From NCBI GenBank assembly GCA_963719315.1, contig CAVRBU010000005.1, positions 64,001-128,000 on the forward strand: a stretch of 64,000 nt of DNA, in the 5' to 3' direction. The position numbers were made by a program, and so were the translations under genes. The DNA is from an uncultured Planctomycetota bacterium. GTDB lineage: Bacteria; Planctomycetota; Planctomycetia; Pirellulales; Lacipirellulaceae. The notes below the pieces were generated by a model, which was given only the letters and a program-made list of their open reading frames with translations, did no database searches and was not told the origin of the DNA. Below, piece by piece: positions 20,003-30,187 of this stretch. Positions within the stretch are counted from its first letter, which is position 1. Each line of letters begins with the position of its first letter.

Positions 20003-20914
20003 ATGCGCCGTAATTCTGTCTTCACCGTACATGGCTTTACGCTTGTAGAACTCTTGGTCGTCATCGCCATCATCGGCGTGCTGGTCGCCCTTTTGCTGCC
20101 GGCAGTTCAAGCGGCCCGCGAAGCCGCCCGACGCACACAGTGCAAAAACAACCTGAAGCAGATCGGTCTCGCGCTGCACAACTACGAAGCGGCCCGCAAG
20201 ACGTTTCCGCCGGGTTACATTTCCACCGCCACGACCATCAACGGCCCTGGTACCGGCCCTGGCTGGGGTTGGGGTGCGCACATCCTGCCCTATCTGGAAG
20301 AATCATCGCTGCCGGTCGACATGAAGCGCCCCATCACCGACCCCATCCACGATCAAGTGCGCGTGGTGTCGTTGGCCGCCTTCCGCTGCCCTTCCGATTC
20401 GGTCGAACTGCCGGTGTTCCCCGTTCAAAACGCGTCCGGCAGCACGCTCACCCAAGTCGCGTTCGGCAATTACGTCGGCGTCGCCGGCACGTTCGAAGTC
20501 AGCGTTTTTCCCGACGAAGGCACCGGCATCTTGTTCCGCAACCGCGCTATCGCCGTTAAGCAAATCACCGATGGATTGAGTCACACGATCATGGTCAGCG
20601 AACGCGCCAGCCGCCAATCGCCGCAAACCACCTGGGTTGGCGCGATCACCGACGCGAGCGTGCCGCCCAAACATCCCGGCTATGACACCGAAGGCCCACC
20701 TGTACTGGTACTCACCAACACCGGCACCGCCGCCGACGGCCGCGTCCCCAACAACACGCTTGACCACGTCGAAGACTCGAACAGCGACCACCCGCAAGGC
20801 GTCCACCTGATGTTCGCCGACGGCTCGGTCCAAGCCATCAACAACGACATCGACCCGCAAGTCTGGGTCGCCCTCGGCACGCGCGCCGGCGGCGAATCCA
20901 ACGGCGCGTATTGA
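20003..20914 (+). CDS. DUF1559 protein
   Basis: [56 protein letters not shown]. Confidence 0.95.
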   Translation: MRRNSVFTVHGFTLVELLVVIAIIGVLVALLLPAVQAAREAARRTQCKNNLKQIGLALHNYEAARKTFPPGYISTATTINGPGTGPGWGWGAHILPYLEESSLPVDMKRPITDPIHDQVRVVSLAAFRCPSDSVELPVFPVQNASGSTLTQVAFGNYVGVAGTFEVSVFPDEGTGILFRNRAIAVKQITDGLSHTIMVSERASRQSPQTTWVGAITDASVPPKHPGYDTEGPPVLVLTNTGTAADGRVPNNTLDHVEDSNSDHPQGVHLMFADGSVQAINNDIDPQVWVALGTRAGGESNGAY

Positions 20915-21013
20915 AATGATATGGTATCAGCCTTGGTGCCATGCCTTCGGCCGGATGCTGTCCCTGCCTCCGAAGTCTTTTTTAGATGCTCGCAATTTGC
21001 GGAAGTTGTAGTT

Positions 21014-21053
21014 GTAGGCGGGGTCGAGCTACGCGAGACCCACCATGATTCTC
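21014..21053 (+). repeat. GTAG-type REP-like element
   Basis: GTAGGCGGGGTCGAGCTACGCGAGACCCACCATGATTCTC; inverted relative at ~36851-36890. Confidence 0.6.
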
Positions 21054-21169
21054 TCGATCTCTACATTTTGAAGAACTGATTGGCCTCCACCCACCAAGAT
21101 TCAGCTATGTAAACTTGCGTCCACTCAGGTATTATTGGCGCGAACTCCTCACCCACTCGGATCCTTACC

Positions 21170-22177
21170 GTGGCCACTGTCCTCGCAACATTTCTGATCT
21201 GCGCCGCGGTCATCATTGTCGCCGGCAGCTTTCTTACGCGGTTCGCGGACGCAATTGCCGAGCTGACTGGCCTGGGGCGACTTGTGATCGGCAGCGTACT
21301 ACTCGCGGGCGTCACCTCACTTCCCGAATTAACGGTCGACATCTCGGCTGTGCGAATGGGATTGGCCGACTTGGCCGTCGGCGATTTGCTCGGCAGCAGT
21401 CTTATGAACCTGCTGATCCTCGCGATTCTTGACCTGTCCCATCGGTCTCGCGGCACCATGCTTTCTCGGCAATCCGCAGCCCATGCCTTATCGGGGCTGG
21501 TGTGTGCTTCCCTGGCAACCGTGGTCGCGTTGGGCCTCCTCACCGGACAGGCGCTGGCACCATACACCCTCTTCGGATTGGGTCCAGGAATCGTTTTGGT
21601 GGCGATCGGCTATACATTCGGCGCCCGCGTGATTTATCTGGACCAGCGGATTTCGATCCGCACCGCGGCCGAACAGAACGAGGCAGAACCTTCGCCGCCC
21701 GCCGCCGCCGGACTCGGCCGCACCTTGCTCGGCTTTGGCGTGTGTGCACTCGTGATTGTTCTAGCAGGCCCGCGGCTTGCTTCGGCCGCCGGCGATTTGG
21801 CCACGCGCACCGGCCTCGGCAATACATTCATGGGCACCACGCTGGTAGCGTTCTCCACATCACTGCCAGAACTCGTCTCGATGATCGCTGCCTTGCGAAT
21901 GGGCGCCGCCGATCTCGCGATCGGAAACGTCTTTGGAAGCAACGCCTTCAACATGCTTCTACTCGTGCCGCTCGACGTCGTTCATCGCGGCTCGCTGTTG
22001 GCCGATGTTTCCGCGAAGCATTCAATTACCTGCCTGGCTGCGATCCTTGCCACTCAAGTTGCGGTCATGGGCCAGCTCTACCAGGTCGAACGCCGCTCGC
22101 GGCTGATCGAGCCGGACGCCTGGCTCGTAATCCTGATCGTCGCAAGCGCCCTCGGATTGATCTATTACTTACCCTGA
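21170..22177 (+). CDS. Na+/Ca2+ antiporter family (CaCA, YrbG-like)
   Basis: Two alpha-repeats GVTSLPEL / FSTSLPEL and GNVFGSNAFN; multiple TM segments. Confidence 0.9.
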   Translation: MATVLATFLICAAVIIVAGSFLTRFADAIAELTGLGRLVIGSVLLAGVTSLPELTVDISAVRMGLADLAVGDLLGSSLMNLLILAILDLSHRSRGTMLSRQSAAHALSGLVCASLATVVALGLLTGQALAPYTLFGLGPGIVLVAIGYTFGARVIYLDQRISIRTAAEQNEAEPSPPAAAGLGRTLLGFGVCALVIVLAGPRLASAAGDLATRTGLGNTFMGTTLVAFSTSLPELVSMIAALRMGAADLAIGNVFGSNAFNMLLLVPLDVVHRGSLLADVSAKHSITCLAAILATQVAVMGQLYQVERRSRLIEPDAWLVILIVASALGLIYYLP

Positions 22178-22282
22178 TATTCGGGCAATTGCCGATTGGA
22201 AGTTGTGGAGCAATGAATTTTGCACGTTGCGAGTCACGGCGCGGCCCTCCGCGAAATCCGCGCCTCCGCGCGAAATTCTTAA

Positions 22283-23335
22283 TTAGCGTGGGCGGATGCG
22301 GGCGAGGTGTTCCAGGCCGTGGAGCATGATCTTGCGGCGGAGGCGGTGGCGCTCGATATCGAGCAGGCGGGCGGCATCGGATTGGTTGCCGCCGGTGACT
22401 TTCAGAACGCGAGCAATGAGCAGGCGCTCCGCGTCGGCCAGGCTTGGGATCGAGTTGGTTTCGAAACTTCGACGGGTCCATTCATCATTGGCGTCGGCGA
22501 CTGCGGGCGTTTCGCGAATTTCCGTCGGCAAGTGCGCAACGTCGATCGTGCGGTCTCCGCAGAATAAGAAGGCGCGTTCGATCGCGTTTCGCAGCTCGCG
22601 GACGTTTCCGGGCCACTCATAGCGCACGAGCGCGATCTCGGCCGAAGAGGACAAAGTCTTGGGAGCTTCCGCATAAGTCGTGGCGACGTCGTGCAGAAAG
22701 AGCTGCGCAAGCGGCAGGATTTCGTCGCGGCGTTGGCGGAGCGGGCGGATGCTGAGCCTCACCACGTTCAGACGGAAATAGAGGTCTTGGCGGAACGTGC
22801 CCTCGCGAACCATGGCGGACAAATCGCGATGAGTGGCGGCCACGATCCGCAAATCGACCGGTATGGGTTCCACGCCGCCGACCGGCACAACCATGCGCTC
22901 CTGAATGCAGCGCAACAGCTTGGCTTGAACAAAGAGAGGCAACTCCCCGATTTCATCCAAAAATAGCGTGCCGCCATCGGCGCAACGCACGAATCCCAGA
23001 GCCGCAGCCACGGCGCCGGTGAACGCGCCCTTCACATGGCCGAAGAGTTGCGATTCCATCAACTCCGTCGAGAACACGGTGCAATCGACGGGAACGAAAG
23101 GTCGGCTAGCTCGACTGCTGAGGGCGTGAATCTGGCGGGCGGCAACCTCTTTACCGACGCCCGTCTCGCCTTCGATCAGCACAGTGGCAGATCGCGGGGC
23201 GACAAGCTCGATTTGAGCGCGCAGCTCAGCAGCGGGGTGCGTTTCAGATGGCGAACTGGCTGCAGCGCCATCGGCGTACCACGAGAAAGGACGAGACACA
23301 CAGTTCTGGCCGTGCACCGCCGAATTTGCCGTCAT
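22283..23335 (-). CDS. sigma54-dependent activator (AAA+ and Fis-type HTH) with no N-terminal sensory domain
   Basis: [40 protein letters not shown]; start uncertain. Confidence 0.9.
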   Translation of the reverse strand: MTANSAVHGQNCVSRPFSWYADGAAASSPSETHPAAELRAQIELVAPRSATVLIEGETGVGKEVAARQIHALSSRASRPFVPVDCTVFSTELMESQLFGHVKGAFTGAVAAALGFVRCADGGTLFLDEIGELPLFVQAKLLRCIQERMVVPVGGVEPIPVDLRIVAATHRDLSAMVREGTFRQDLYFRLNVVRLSIRPLRQRRDEILPLAQLFLHDVATTYAEAPKTLSSSAEIALVRYEWPGNVRELRNAIERAFLFCGDRTIDVAHLPTEIRETPAVADANDEWTRRSFETNSIPSLADAERLLIARVLKVTGGNQSDAARLLDIERHRLRRKIMLHGLEHLARIRPR

Positions 23336-23667
23336 TAGCACCCCGTTCTGCGCGCTACCGCTAGGAAAGTGTCTGCACAAATGTGCACAACGCTCGGAGT
23401 GTTCCCCATTTGAATTGTGAAGAGATTATGGAATCAGCAACTTGCAATGTCAACTGAATCCTTGCAGAAATCATGGATTTGTATTGCGTCAATTGGTGGT
23501 CGATTTTTGGAAACTGATGCTAACTCCTAATAACGTCAGGGTCTACGTTTCCGTCGGCGACTACTGCCGGAGCAGACAAACACTTACAATACGGCCTTAT
23601 GTAAACAGCTTTTCCCCGGCCTGGGGTAAATGCGGATTCCATGAACTCTTAACAAATTGTCCTCGCC

Positions 23668-24594
23668 ATGAGTTCGCAATCTTTTCGTCAGATGGCCAAC
23701 GTGAACGGCCGGATTACGCCGCTTGAGGAAGCGCGAATTTCAATTCTGGACCGCGGGTTCCTGTACGGCGATTCGGTATACGAGGTGTTCCGGACCTATG
23801 CCGGAGTGCCCCTGTTCTGCCACGAACACTTTGACCGGATGGACAATTCGGCGCGGCTGATTGCGATGACCATCGCGCAGTCGCGTGAAGAGATGCTGGA
23901 GCAAATGCGGCAGATGGCAGCCGCCGCGAACGTGCCGCCGGGTGAAGATGTCTACGTTCGCTGGCACGTGACGCGCGGGTCGGGCGCACTCGACCTGGCG
24001 CCTGGCGCCGATCTGCACAGCAGCTTCGTCATCATTCTTAAAGAAGTGCCGAAGTGGAATCCGGAGTTCTATTCGCCCGGTGTGCGGCTAGCCGTGACGC
24101 GCGTGCGGAGGAATCCGGTCGATGCGCTGAGCCCCGACATCAAAAGCGGCAACTACCTCAATAATATCCTGGGTGTCGCGGAGGCCGTCGATATCGGAGC
24201 CGACGACGGCCTGATGCTCAACTCGGCCGGCAATGTGACGGAAGCCTCGAACAGCAATGTGTGTTTCGTCATCGATGGGCAGCTCGTGACGCCGAGCTTC
24301 GAATCGGGTGTGTTGCGGGGCATCACCAAAGCGGCAATCGGCCGGTTGAGCGCAGCACATGGATTCGAGTTGCACGATCGGCAGCTTCCGGCCAGCGCGC
24401 TCGACAAAGCGACCGAATGTTTCGTCACGAGCGCGACGCGCGAGGTGATGCCAGTCGCAGGCGTGCTGCTGGAGAGCGGCGAATGGCGCGAGTTTCCGCC
24501 CGGGGGCGGCAAAATGACGCGGCTCGTCGCGAAGGCGTACAAAGAATTTGTGAATCAGTATGTGCGAGAGAACGCGACATTGCGATTGCTCTGA
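23668..24594 (+). CDS. Class IV PLP aminotransferase (BCAT/D-amino acid aminotransferase-like)
   Basis: LDRGFLYGDSVYE, KSGNYL, EASNSN, LRGIT. Confidence 0.9.
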   Translation: MSSQSFRQMANVNGRITPLEEARISILDRGFLYGDSVYEVFRTYAGVPLFCHEHFDRMDNSARLIAMTIAQSREEMLEQMRQMAAAANVPPGEDVYVRWHVTRGSGALDLAPGADLHSSFVIILKEVPKWNPEFYSPGVRLAVTRVRRNPVDALSPDIKSGNYLNNILGVAEAVDIGADDGLMLNSAGNVTEASNSNVCFVIDGQLVTPSFESGVLRGITKAAIGRLSAAHGFELHDRQLPASALDKATECFVTSATREVMPVAGVLLESGEWREFPPGGGKMTRLVAKAYKEFVNQYVRENATLRLL

Positions 24595-24721
24595 TGCTTA
24601 AGCGGCGACAGTGCTGTGGGAGGCCTCTCTGAGGCCGATGGCATGTCGTATTATCGAGGGCGTCATCGGCGTCGGAGACGCCTCTCGCAACGCGGCAAGC
24701 CGGAAGTTGGGAGCGCGATCG

Positions 24722-25177
24722 ATGAATAAGGCGTTTGTGCGCGAGCCAGATGATGATGGGCGTGCCTTTTGCCCGCGATGCAGCACGTTGGGCGTGCCGG
24801 TGGGAAGCGGCCCGCTGGATACGCACATTCGGCCCGAGTCGCGGGCAAAGATGCTCGATTCCGCCTGGTTTTGCGGCTTTCACCGCTGCGAAGTCGCCTA
24901 TTTCAACTTGTTCGGCGGCATCGTGTTGATGGATGAACTGGCGGCGGCCGTCTACCCCTATGATGTCGGCGCGCCGATCTGCGCCTGCTTCGGCCTGAAG
25001 TACGACGATATAGAAGCGGATGTGCACGAGGGAAATCCGACGCGCATACGGGCGGTGCTGGCCCGGTCGAAATCTGAGGTAGCACCGTGCCACACAGTTG
25101 CGGCCGACGGGCGATCGTGCATGGGGGCCGTGCAGGAATTGTACATGCGGCTACGGTCGCAGGCTGGCGGCGCGTAA
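24722..25177 (+). CDS. Cys-rich metal/Fe-S protein resembling archaeal CopZ N-terminal domain
   Basis: CPRC...FCGFHRCEVAYF...ICACFG...C...GRSC pattern. Confidence 0.6.
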   Translation: MNKAFVREPDDDGRAFCPRCSTLGVPVGSGPLDTHIRPESRAKMLDSAWFCGFHRCEVAYFNLFGGIVLMDELAAAVYPYDVGAPICACFGLKYDDIEADVHEGNPTRIRAVLARSKSEVAPCHTVAADGRSCMGAVQELYMRLRSQAGGA

Positions 25178-25290
25178 GGGTACTTTCGCTAGCTAGTTAA
25201 AGCACGTTGGCAGGCGGTTTGGAGCGCTTGAATCCAATTCGCTGGTGGTGATCGCAGCTACCTGGGGGGCAGCCACCAAAGGCGTAGCTG

Positions 25291-25959
25291 CTATCGCACG
25301 ACGGCAACGAATAGCAAGATGCACACGAAATGGCAAGTGCTGCCGGCGATCACGAGCACGTGCCAGACTGCGTGGAAGTGCCTTACGCGACGGTCGTTGA
25401 CCCAGAACACCAGGCCCACTGTGTAGCAGCCGATGCCGAGCAGCATCCACCACAGAGCCGTGAATGAAACCACGCCGATAAGAGCGGGCACGGAAAGGAA
25501 CGGTATGCCGCCCAGGACGATGCAGGGCCACATCGAAACGGCTTCGACGCGGTGCGCGAACAGCACCTTCGAGAAGAAGCCCCACAAGGCGATGACCCAG
25601 ACCACGGCGAGCAGCAAGCACCAGGGCAACGTATGCAAGTACGCCAGTGAAAACGGCGTGTAAGTGGCGGCAATCAAAAAATAGATCGTGCCTTGGTCCA
25701 AGGCTCGGAAGATCGAACGAACGCGCGGTGCTTCGAACGTGTGCGACAACGTGGACATCAGGTACACGCCGATCAAGCAAGCCAGATAAATGCTGCAGCC
25801 GGCCACGCGCCAGGCGTCTCCATAGGCGAGGACGGCGGCCATCACGACCACACCGGCCATACTCAACACGAGACCGATGCCGTGCGTGATAAAGTTCGTG
25901 AATTCTTCGGCGGGCGAAAGCTGGGAAGGCAACACGGCGATTGTCGTTGAATTGCTCAT
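25291..25959 (-). CDS. Hemolysin III/PAQR family membrane protein
   Basis: EEFTNFITHG, STLSH, LDQGTIYFLIAATYTPF, HAVWHVLV. Confidence 0.9.
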   Translation of the reverse strand: MSNSTTIAVLPSQLSPAEEFTNFITHGIGLVLSMAGVVVMAAVLAYGDAWRVAGCSIYLACLIGVYLMSTLSHTFEAPRVRSIFRALDQGTIYFLIAATYTPFSLAYLHTLPWCLLLAVVWVIALWGFFSKVLFAHRVEAVSMWPCIVLGGIPFLSVPALIGVVSFTALWWMLLGIGCYTVGLVFWVNDRRVRHFHAVWHVLVIAGSTCHFVCILLFVAVVR

Positions 25960-26349
25960 CGTAAGTCCCCTGCAAGCGGCGGGTTGGTGTTCGGATGGGC
26001 ACGTCCGTGAGCCGGCGACACCGTCTCTTACGCGCGACTAGGCGGGGTGTTACACAGGGGGGCGGAAAATCTTCGCCAACCGGAGGGAACGGCCATTTTA
26101 GCCGGGCAGACCTCCGTGCCAAGGTCCTAAATCCGGGCATCCAAGGTTTTGTCTGAAAAGCCCTTGTATGTCCCTTTTGCCGGAAGGGATCTGTGTGAAC
26201 CATCGAACTTGCTGGGACGCCAAGGTGCTTCTCGGCAAGAAGGGCCTACTTTTGAGGCAAAGCCTAGAACAACAACCGGGGGCACTGGTAAGATGGGGTG
26301 AAATTGGGTGACTTGCGAGTTTCACCACCTAACCGGCGGACTTATTACC

Positions 26350-27033
26350 ATGCGAATTTTTTGCTGCACTTGCTTGGCTGTGTTGCTAATGACGGCCGTC
26401 ACCGTGTCGTGGGCCGCTGAGTCAGCGACGAAAGAGAAAACAGCGTCTCCCAAACCAGATGCCGATGGCTGGTACACGCTGTTCGATGGGAAGGATCTCA
26501 ACGGCTGGAAGAAGTCAACCGACAACCCTACTACGATCAACGTGGTTAACGGCGAGATTGTGATCCGAGGGAAGGTCTGCCATTTGTTTTACGACGGGCC
26601 AGTGAACGACGCGAATTTCAAGAACTTCGAGTGGAAGGCCGACGTTCTGACCAAGCCTCATTCGAATTCGGGCATGTACTTCCACACGAAGTATCAGGAG
26701 AACGGCTTTCCGAAGACGGGCATCGAGGTGCAAGTGAACAACTCGCACACCGATCCAATTCGGACGGGTAGCCTTTACAAGCTGCACGACATCATGAACG
26801 ACTCGCCGGCGAAAGACAATGAGTGGTTCACGCAGACAGTGATCGTTGACGGACCGAAAATCACGGTAAAGATCAACGGCAAGGTCGTGAACGAATACAC
26901 CTGGAAGGAGGGCGAGAAGCGCACGGGCGGGTTTGAAAACAACGTGCTGGGGTCGGGCACGTTCGCGCTGCAGGGGCACGATCCAGGGAGCGAAGTGCAC
27001 TTCCGAAATATCAAGGTTAAGCCGCTGCCGTAG
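26350..27033 (+). CDS. DUF1080 (3-keto-glycoside hydrolase-like) secreted protein
   Basis: LFDGKDLNGW, NSGMYF, TGSLY, GTFALQGH..EVHFRNIKVK. Confidence 0.9.
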   Translation: MRIFCCTCLAVLLMTAVTVSWAAESATKEKTASPKPDADGWYTLFDGKDLNGWKKSTDNPTTINVVNGEIVIRGKVCHLFYDGPVNDANFKNFEWKADVLTKPHSNSGMYFHTKYQENGFPKTGIEVQVNNSHTDPIRTGSLYKLHDIMNDSPAKDNEWFTQTVIVDGPKITVKINGKVVNEYTWKEGEKRTGGFENNVLGSGTFALQGHDPGSEVHFRNIKVKPLP

Positions 27034-27064
27034 GAATTCCCGACCGCGACCACGGAAGACAGAC

Positions 27065-27115
<51 letters not shown>

Positions 27116-27127
27116 CCACCCATTGAA

Positions 27128-28573
27128 TTACTTATGCGCACCGAACGCATACAGGTGCTTGGCGGTCCTCACGTAGAGGGTATCGTCGGCGATGGCCGGC
27201 GTGGCGGCGGTACGTTCGTCGAGTGCCGAATTCGCGGCGACGACCTTCAATTTCGGCGCGCCCGCCTCAAGCACGGTGATAGACCCGTCGTCAAGCGACG
27301 TGAAGTAAACATTACCATTCGCGGCCACGGGTGACGCATAATAACCGCCCGTCGCAGCCAGCCGTTCTTGGTCGACCTGTTTGCCGGACTTCGCATCGTA
27401 GGCCGTGACGGTGCCGCCGTCCTTCACCATCAGGTACTGGCCGCGATAGAGAATCGCGGACGATACATAGGGCAGTCCCTTTGTTTGCTTCCACATCACG
27501 GCGGACTCGGTGACGTTGCCGCTGCCGCCGGGCTTCAGGGCGAATGCGCTGCTTTTCGAATTAGCGGCGAACTTCATGACCGCGTCCCATTCGTTGCGGC
27601 TGATCTTGCCGTCCTTGTTGGCGTCCTGATTGTCGAACAAGTCCCCGAAGCCGGTCTTCTGCGCCTCTTCCCTGGAAAGGGCGCCGTCCTTATCGGCGTC
27701 GTCTTTCAAGATGTCGTCCCAAGAAGGCAACTTGAAGTCTTTGTCGTCCGGGCCGCCAGGCGACCAGCCGGCGAAAAACAAGTTACCGTTGCCCGCGACC
27801 GGCGATGTGCAGCAGGCAGCCGGCATCCCTTCAACGAACCAATCCGGGGCGCCGTTCTTGATGTTGTAACCGATCAGCTTGCCGTAACCGGGCGCGGCGA
27901 TGTACGTGCCCTGCTCCGTCTTCCACACGGTCGGCGTGCCGAACGACGACTTCGATTCGCGCTGCCTGTCCCACTTGACGTTGCCGGTCGCGATCTCGAG
28001 CGCGATGATCTGGGGATCCTCGGCCACGTCGCGCAACAGGACGACCGCATCCTCCGCGATAATCGGCGAGACGCCCGTTCCGAAGCCCGCGAACGCGACG
28101 GCACTCGGCATCTCGTGCCGCCACAACTCCTTGCCGGCCAGGTCGTAGCAAAAGAGGCCGCAAGAGCCGAAGTACGTGACGATCCGCTGGCCGTCGGTCG
28201 CACAGGATGAGGCGGCCGGGCTACCGTGGACCTTATTAAACGGTTCAAGCTTCTTGTAGGGTGCTTCGGCCCGCCACGCTTCGCCGCCGTCGGCGCGGTT
28301 GTAAGCGATCGTGTAGAGCTTGTCGTTCTCGAAGGCCGTGAGGACGAGCATGTCGCCGACCACGATGGGAGACGACAGGCCGCTCGGCACCTCGATTTTC
28401 CATTTCACGTTCTTGTTGGGACCGACTTCGACCGGCGGCTTTTCGCCTTCGGCGACACCCGAACCATTGGGGCCGCGAAATTGGGGCCAAGCGGACTGGT
28501 CCGCGGCGGACGAACTAACAAAAGTTGTAATTGCGACGGCGAGAGCTATTGAAAAACGTATCGTGATAATCAT
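27128..28573 (-). CDS. PQQ-like beta-propeller protein with EF-hand-like insert
   Basis: WPQFRGPNGSG, SSPIV, ASPVAANG, DADKDGALS / DANKDGKIS. Confidence 0.85.
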   Translation of the reverse strand: MIITIRFSIALAVAITTFVSSSAADQSAWPQFRGPNGSGVAEGEKPPVEVGPNKNVKWKIEVPSGLSSPIVVGDMLVLTAFENDKLYTIAYNRADGGEAWRAEAPYKKLEPFNKVHGSPAASSCATDGQRIVTYFGSCGLFCYDLAGKELWRHEMPSAVAFAGFGTGVSPIIAEDAVVLLRDVAEDPQIIALEIATGNVKWDRQRESKSSFGTPTVWKTEQGTYIAAPGYGKLIGYNIKNGAPDWFVEGMPAACCTSPVAGNGNLFFAGWSPGGPDDKDFKLPSWDDILKDDADKDGALSREEAQKTGFGDLFDNQDANKDGKISRNEWDAVMKFAANSKSSAFALKPGGSGNVTESAVMWKQTKGLPYVSSAILYRGQYLMVKDGGTVTAYDAKSGKQVDQERLAATGGYYASPVAANGNVYFTSLDDGSITVLEAGAPKLKVVAANSALDERTAATPAIADDTLYVRTAKHLYAFGAHK

Positions 28574-28620
28574 CTGGATAATCTCCGGTTCCGTGGCTCC
28601 GTCAATCAACTTTGGAAGGA

Positions 28621-28790
28621 CTCACGCAAAGGCGCTGAGGCGCAAAGGACGTCAACTACTGCAACGCTTGTGAAGTGTTGAACCTTAGTTTCTTGACAGG
28701 AGGAAACTGAGGACACAGAGGAGAATGTGTTGAATCTCCGTTACCTCCGTTTCCTCCTGTTCGATTCTTTGCGCCGGGCAACTTTGCGCG
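28621..28790. repeat. Nested inverted short-period repeats
   Basis: CGCAAAG..GGCGCAAAG [ACAGGAGGAAACTGAGGACACAGAG...CTCCGTTACCTCCGTTTCCTCCTGT] CTTTGCGCC..CTTTGCG. Confidence 0.6.
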
Positions 28791-28810
28791 ATGTTTCTTT
28801 TTCCGTTCAA

Positions 28811-30007
28811 CTATCGTAGCCGAGCGAGTTGCTCGGTTAAAGCGTCGAGGATTTCGGCGGTGTGGTGATAACACAGGCTAAGGCGGAGGAGCGATTCGCC
28901 GTCGGGGACGGAGGGGGGGCGGATGCCTGGGATAAAGAAGCCGGCTTCGCGTAGGTTCGAAGCGAGTTCCATGGTGCGTTTGGCGTCGCCGATGTAAAGG
29001 GGGATGATTTGACTGGCGGAGCCGCCGATGTTCCAGCCTTGGGCTGCCAGTCGCGAACGCAAAGTGGCGGCGTTCGCAAGAAGTTCTTGGCGGCGATGGG
29101 GTTCTTGTCGGACGATCTCTAGTGCGGCGATGGCGGCGGCGCTCGCGGCGGGGGGCTGGGCGGTCGAGAAGACGTAAGTGCGGGCGCGGTTGGCAAGCCA
29201 ATCGATGAGCGATTGGCGGCCGCAGACGAAGCCGCCGGCGGTGCCGAGGGCTTTGCTAAGCGTGCCAATGCGGATGGCGATGGAGGTTGCAGGATGCGGG
29301 ATGAGCGGTGCGGGGGAAGAATGAGATTGTTCCCACGCGCCGCAACCGTTAGGACCAAAGACGCCGGTGGCGTGGGCTTCGTCGAACATGAGCATGGCGT
29401 CAAATTTTTCGGCGAGTTCAGCAATTCGCGCGAGTGGAGCGAGATCGCCGTCCATGCTAAAGAGCGTGTCGGTGACGATGAGCCGGCGGCGGAAGCCGCC
29501 GGTTTCGCGAAGCATTTGTTCGAGCGCGTCGCAATCGCAGTGTGGATAGACGAACTGCGTGGCCTTCGAGAGGCGGCAGCCGTCGATGAGGCTGGCGTGG
29601 TTCCTGGCGTCGCCGAAGACAACGTCCCCTTCTTCGATCAGAGCGGGAATGATGCCGGCGTTCGCGGCGAAGCCGGAGGGGAACACAAGCGCGGCCTCGG
29701 TGCCTTCGAATTCGGCGAGGCGTCGTTCCAATTCGGCGAGCGATTTGCTGCGGCCGCTCACCAGCGGGCTCGCGCCGCTGCCCCACCCTTCACGCTCGGT
29801 GGCGATTCGGGCTGCTTCCCTTAAGCGCGGATCGGAGGCGAGCCCCAAATAATCGTTCGAGCCGAAGTTGATGAGCTCGCGGCCGTCAATCGAGATGCGC
29901 GCCGATTGTGCGCCGCTGCGAACTGCATGGCGGCGGCGCAGGTCGCGGCGCTCGAGGTCGCTGAGCGCGTCGTCGATCCAGGCGAGTGGGTCGTGCGTAG
30001 TGAACAT
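28811..30007 (-). CDS. bioF: 8-amino-7-oxononanoate synthase
   Basis: NFGSNDYLGL, SGFAAN, NHASLIDG, FSMDGD, DEAH, GTLSKALG, IRPPSVP. Confidence 0.92.
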   Translation of the reverse strand: MFTTHDPLAWIDDALSDLERRDLRRRHAVRSGAQSARISIDGRELINFGSNDYLGLASDPRLREAARIATEREGWGSGASPLVSGRSKSLAELERRLAEFEGTEAALVFPSGFAANAGIIPALIEEGDVVFGDARNHASLIDGCRLSKATQFVYPHCDCDALEQMLRETGGFRRRLIVTDTLFSMDGDLAPLARIAELAEKFDAMLMFDEAHATGVFGPNGCGAWEQSHSSPAPLIPHPATSIAIRIGTLSKALGTAGGFVCGRQSLIDWLANRARTYVFSTAQPPAASAAAIAALEIVRQEPHRRQELLANAATLRSRLAAQGWNIGGSASQIIPLYIGDAKRTMELASNLREAGFFIPGIRPPSVPDGESLLRLSLCYHHTAEILDALTEQLARLR

Positions 30008-30143
30008 GTTGCGCTAAGCCGCCCTTCGACTAGCTCAGGACCATTTGACCAGCGTCCGCGGTGGTTTGACAAGCGCCATCGCGCCCGGAACAATGAGTTG
30101 AAATCTCGTGATTTTCAGCCTCCCGTCCCCCGCCTGCGGGGTG

Positions 30144-30172
30144 GGAACTTTGTCGGCGGAACGAGCGTCTAA
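30144..30172 (+). promoter_or_regulatory. ECF sigma promoter (probably autoregulatory)
   Basis: GGAACTT-N16-GTCTAA immediately before the ECF gene. Confidence 0.75.
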
Positions 30173-30187
30173 ACCTGCGAGCGAAGT

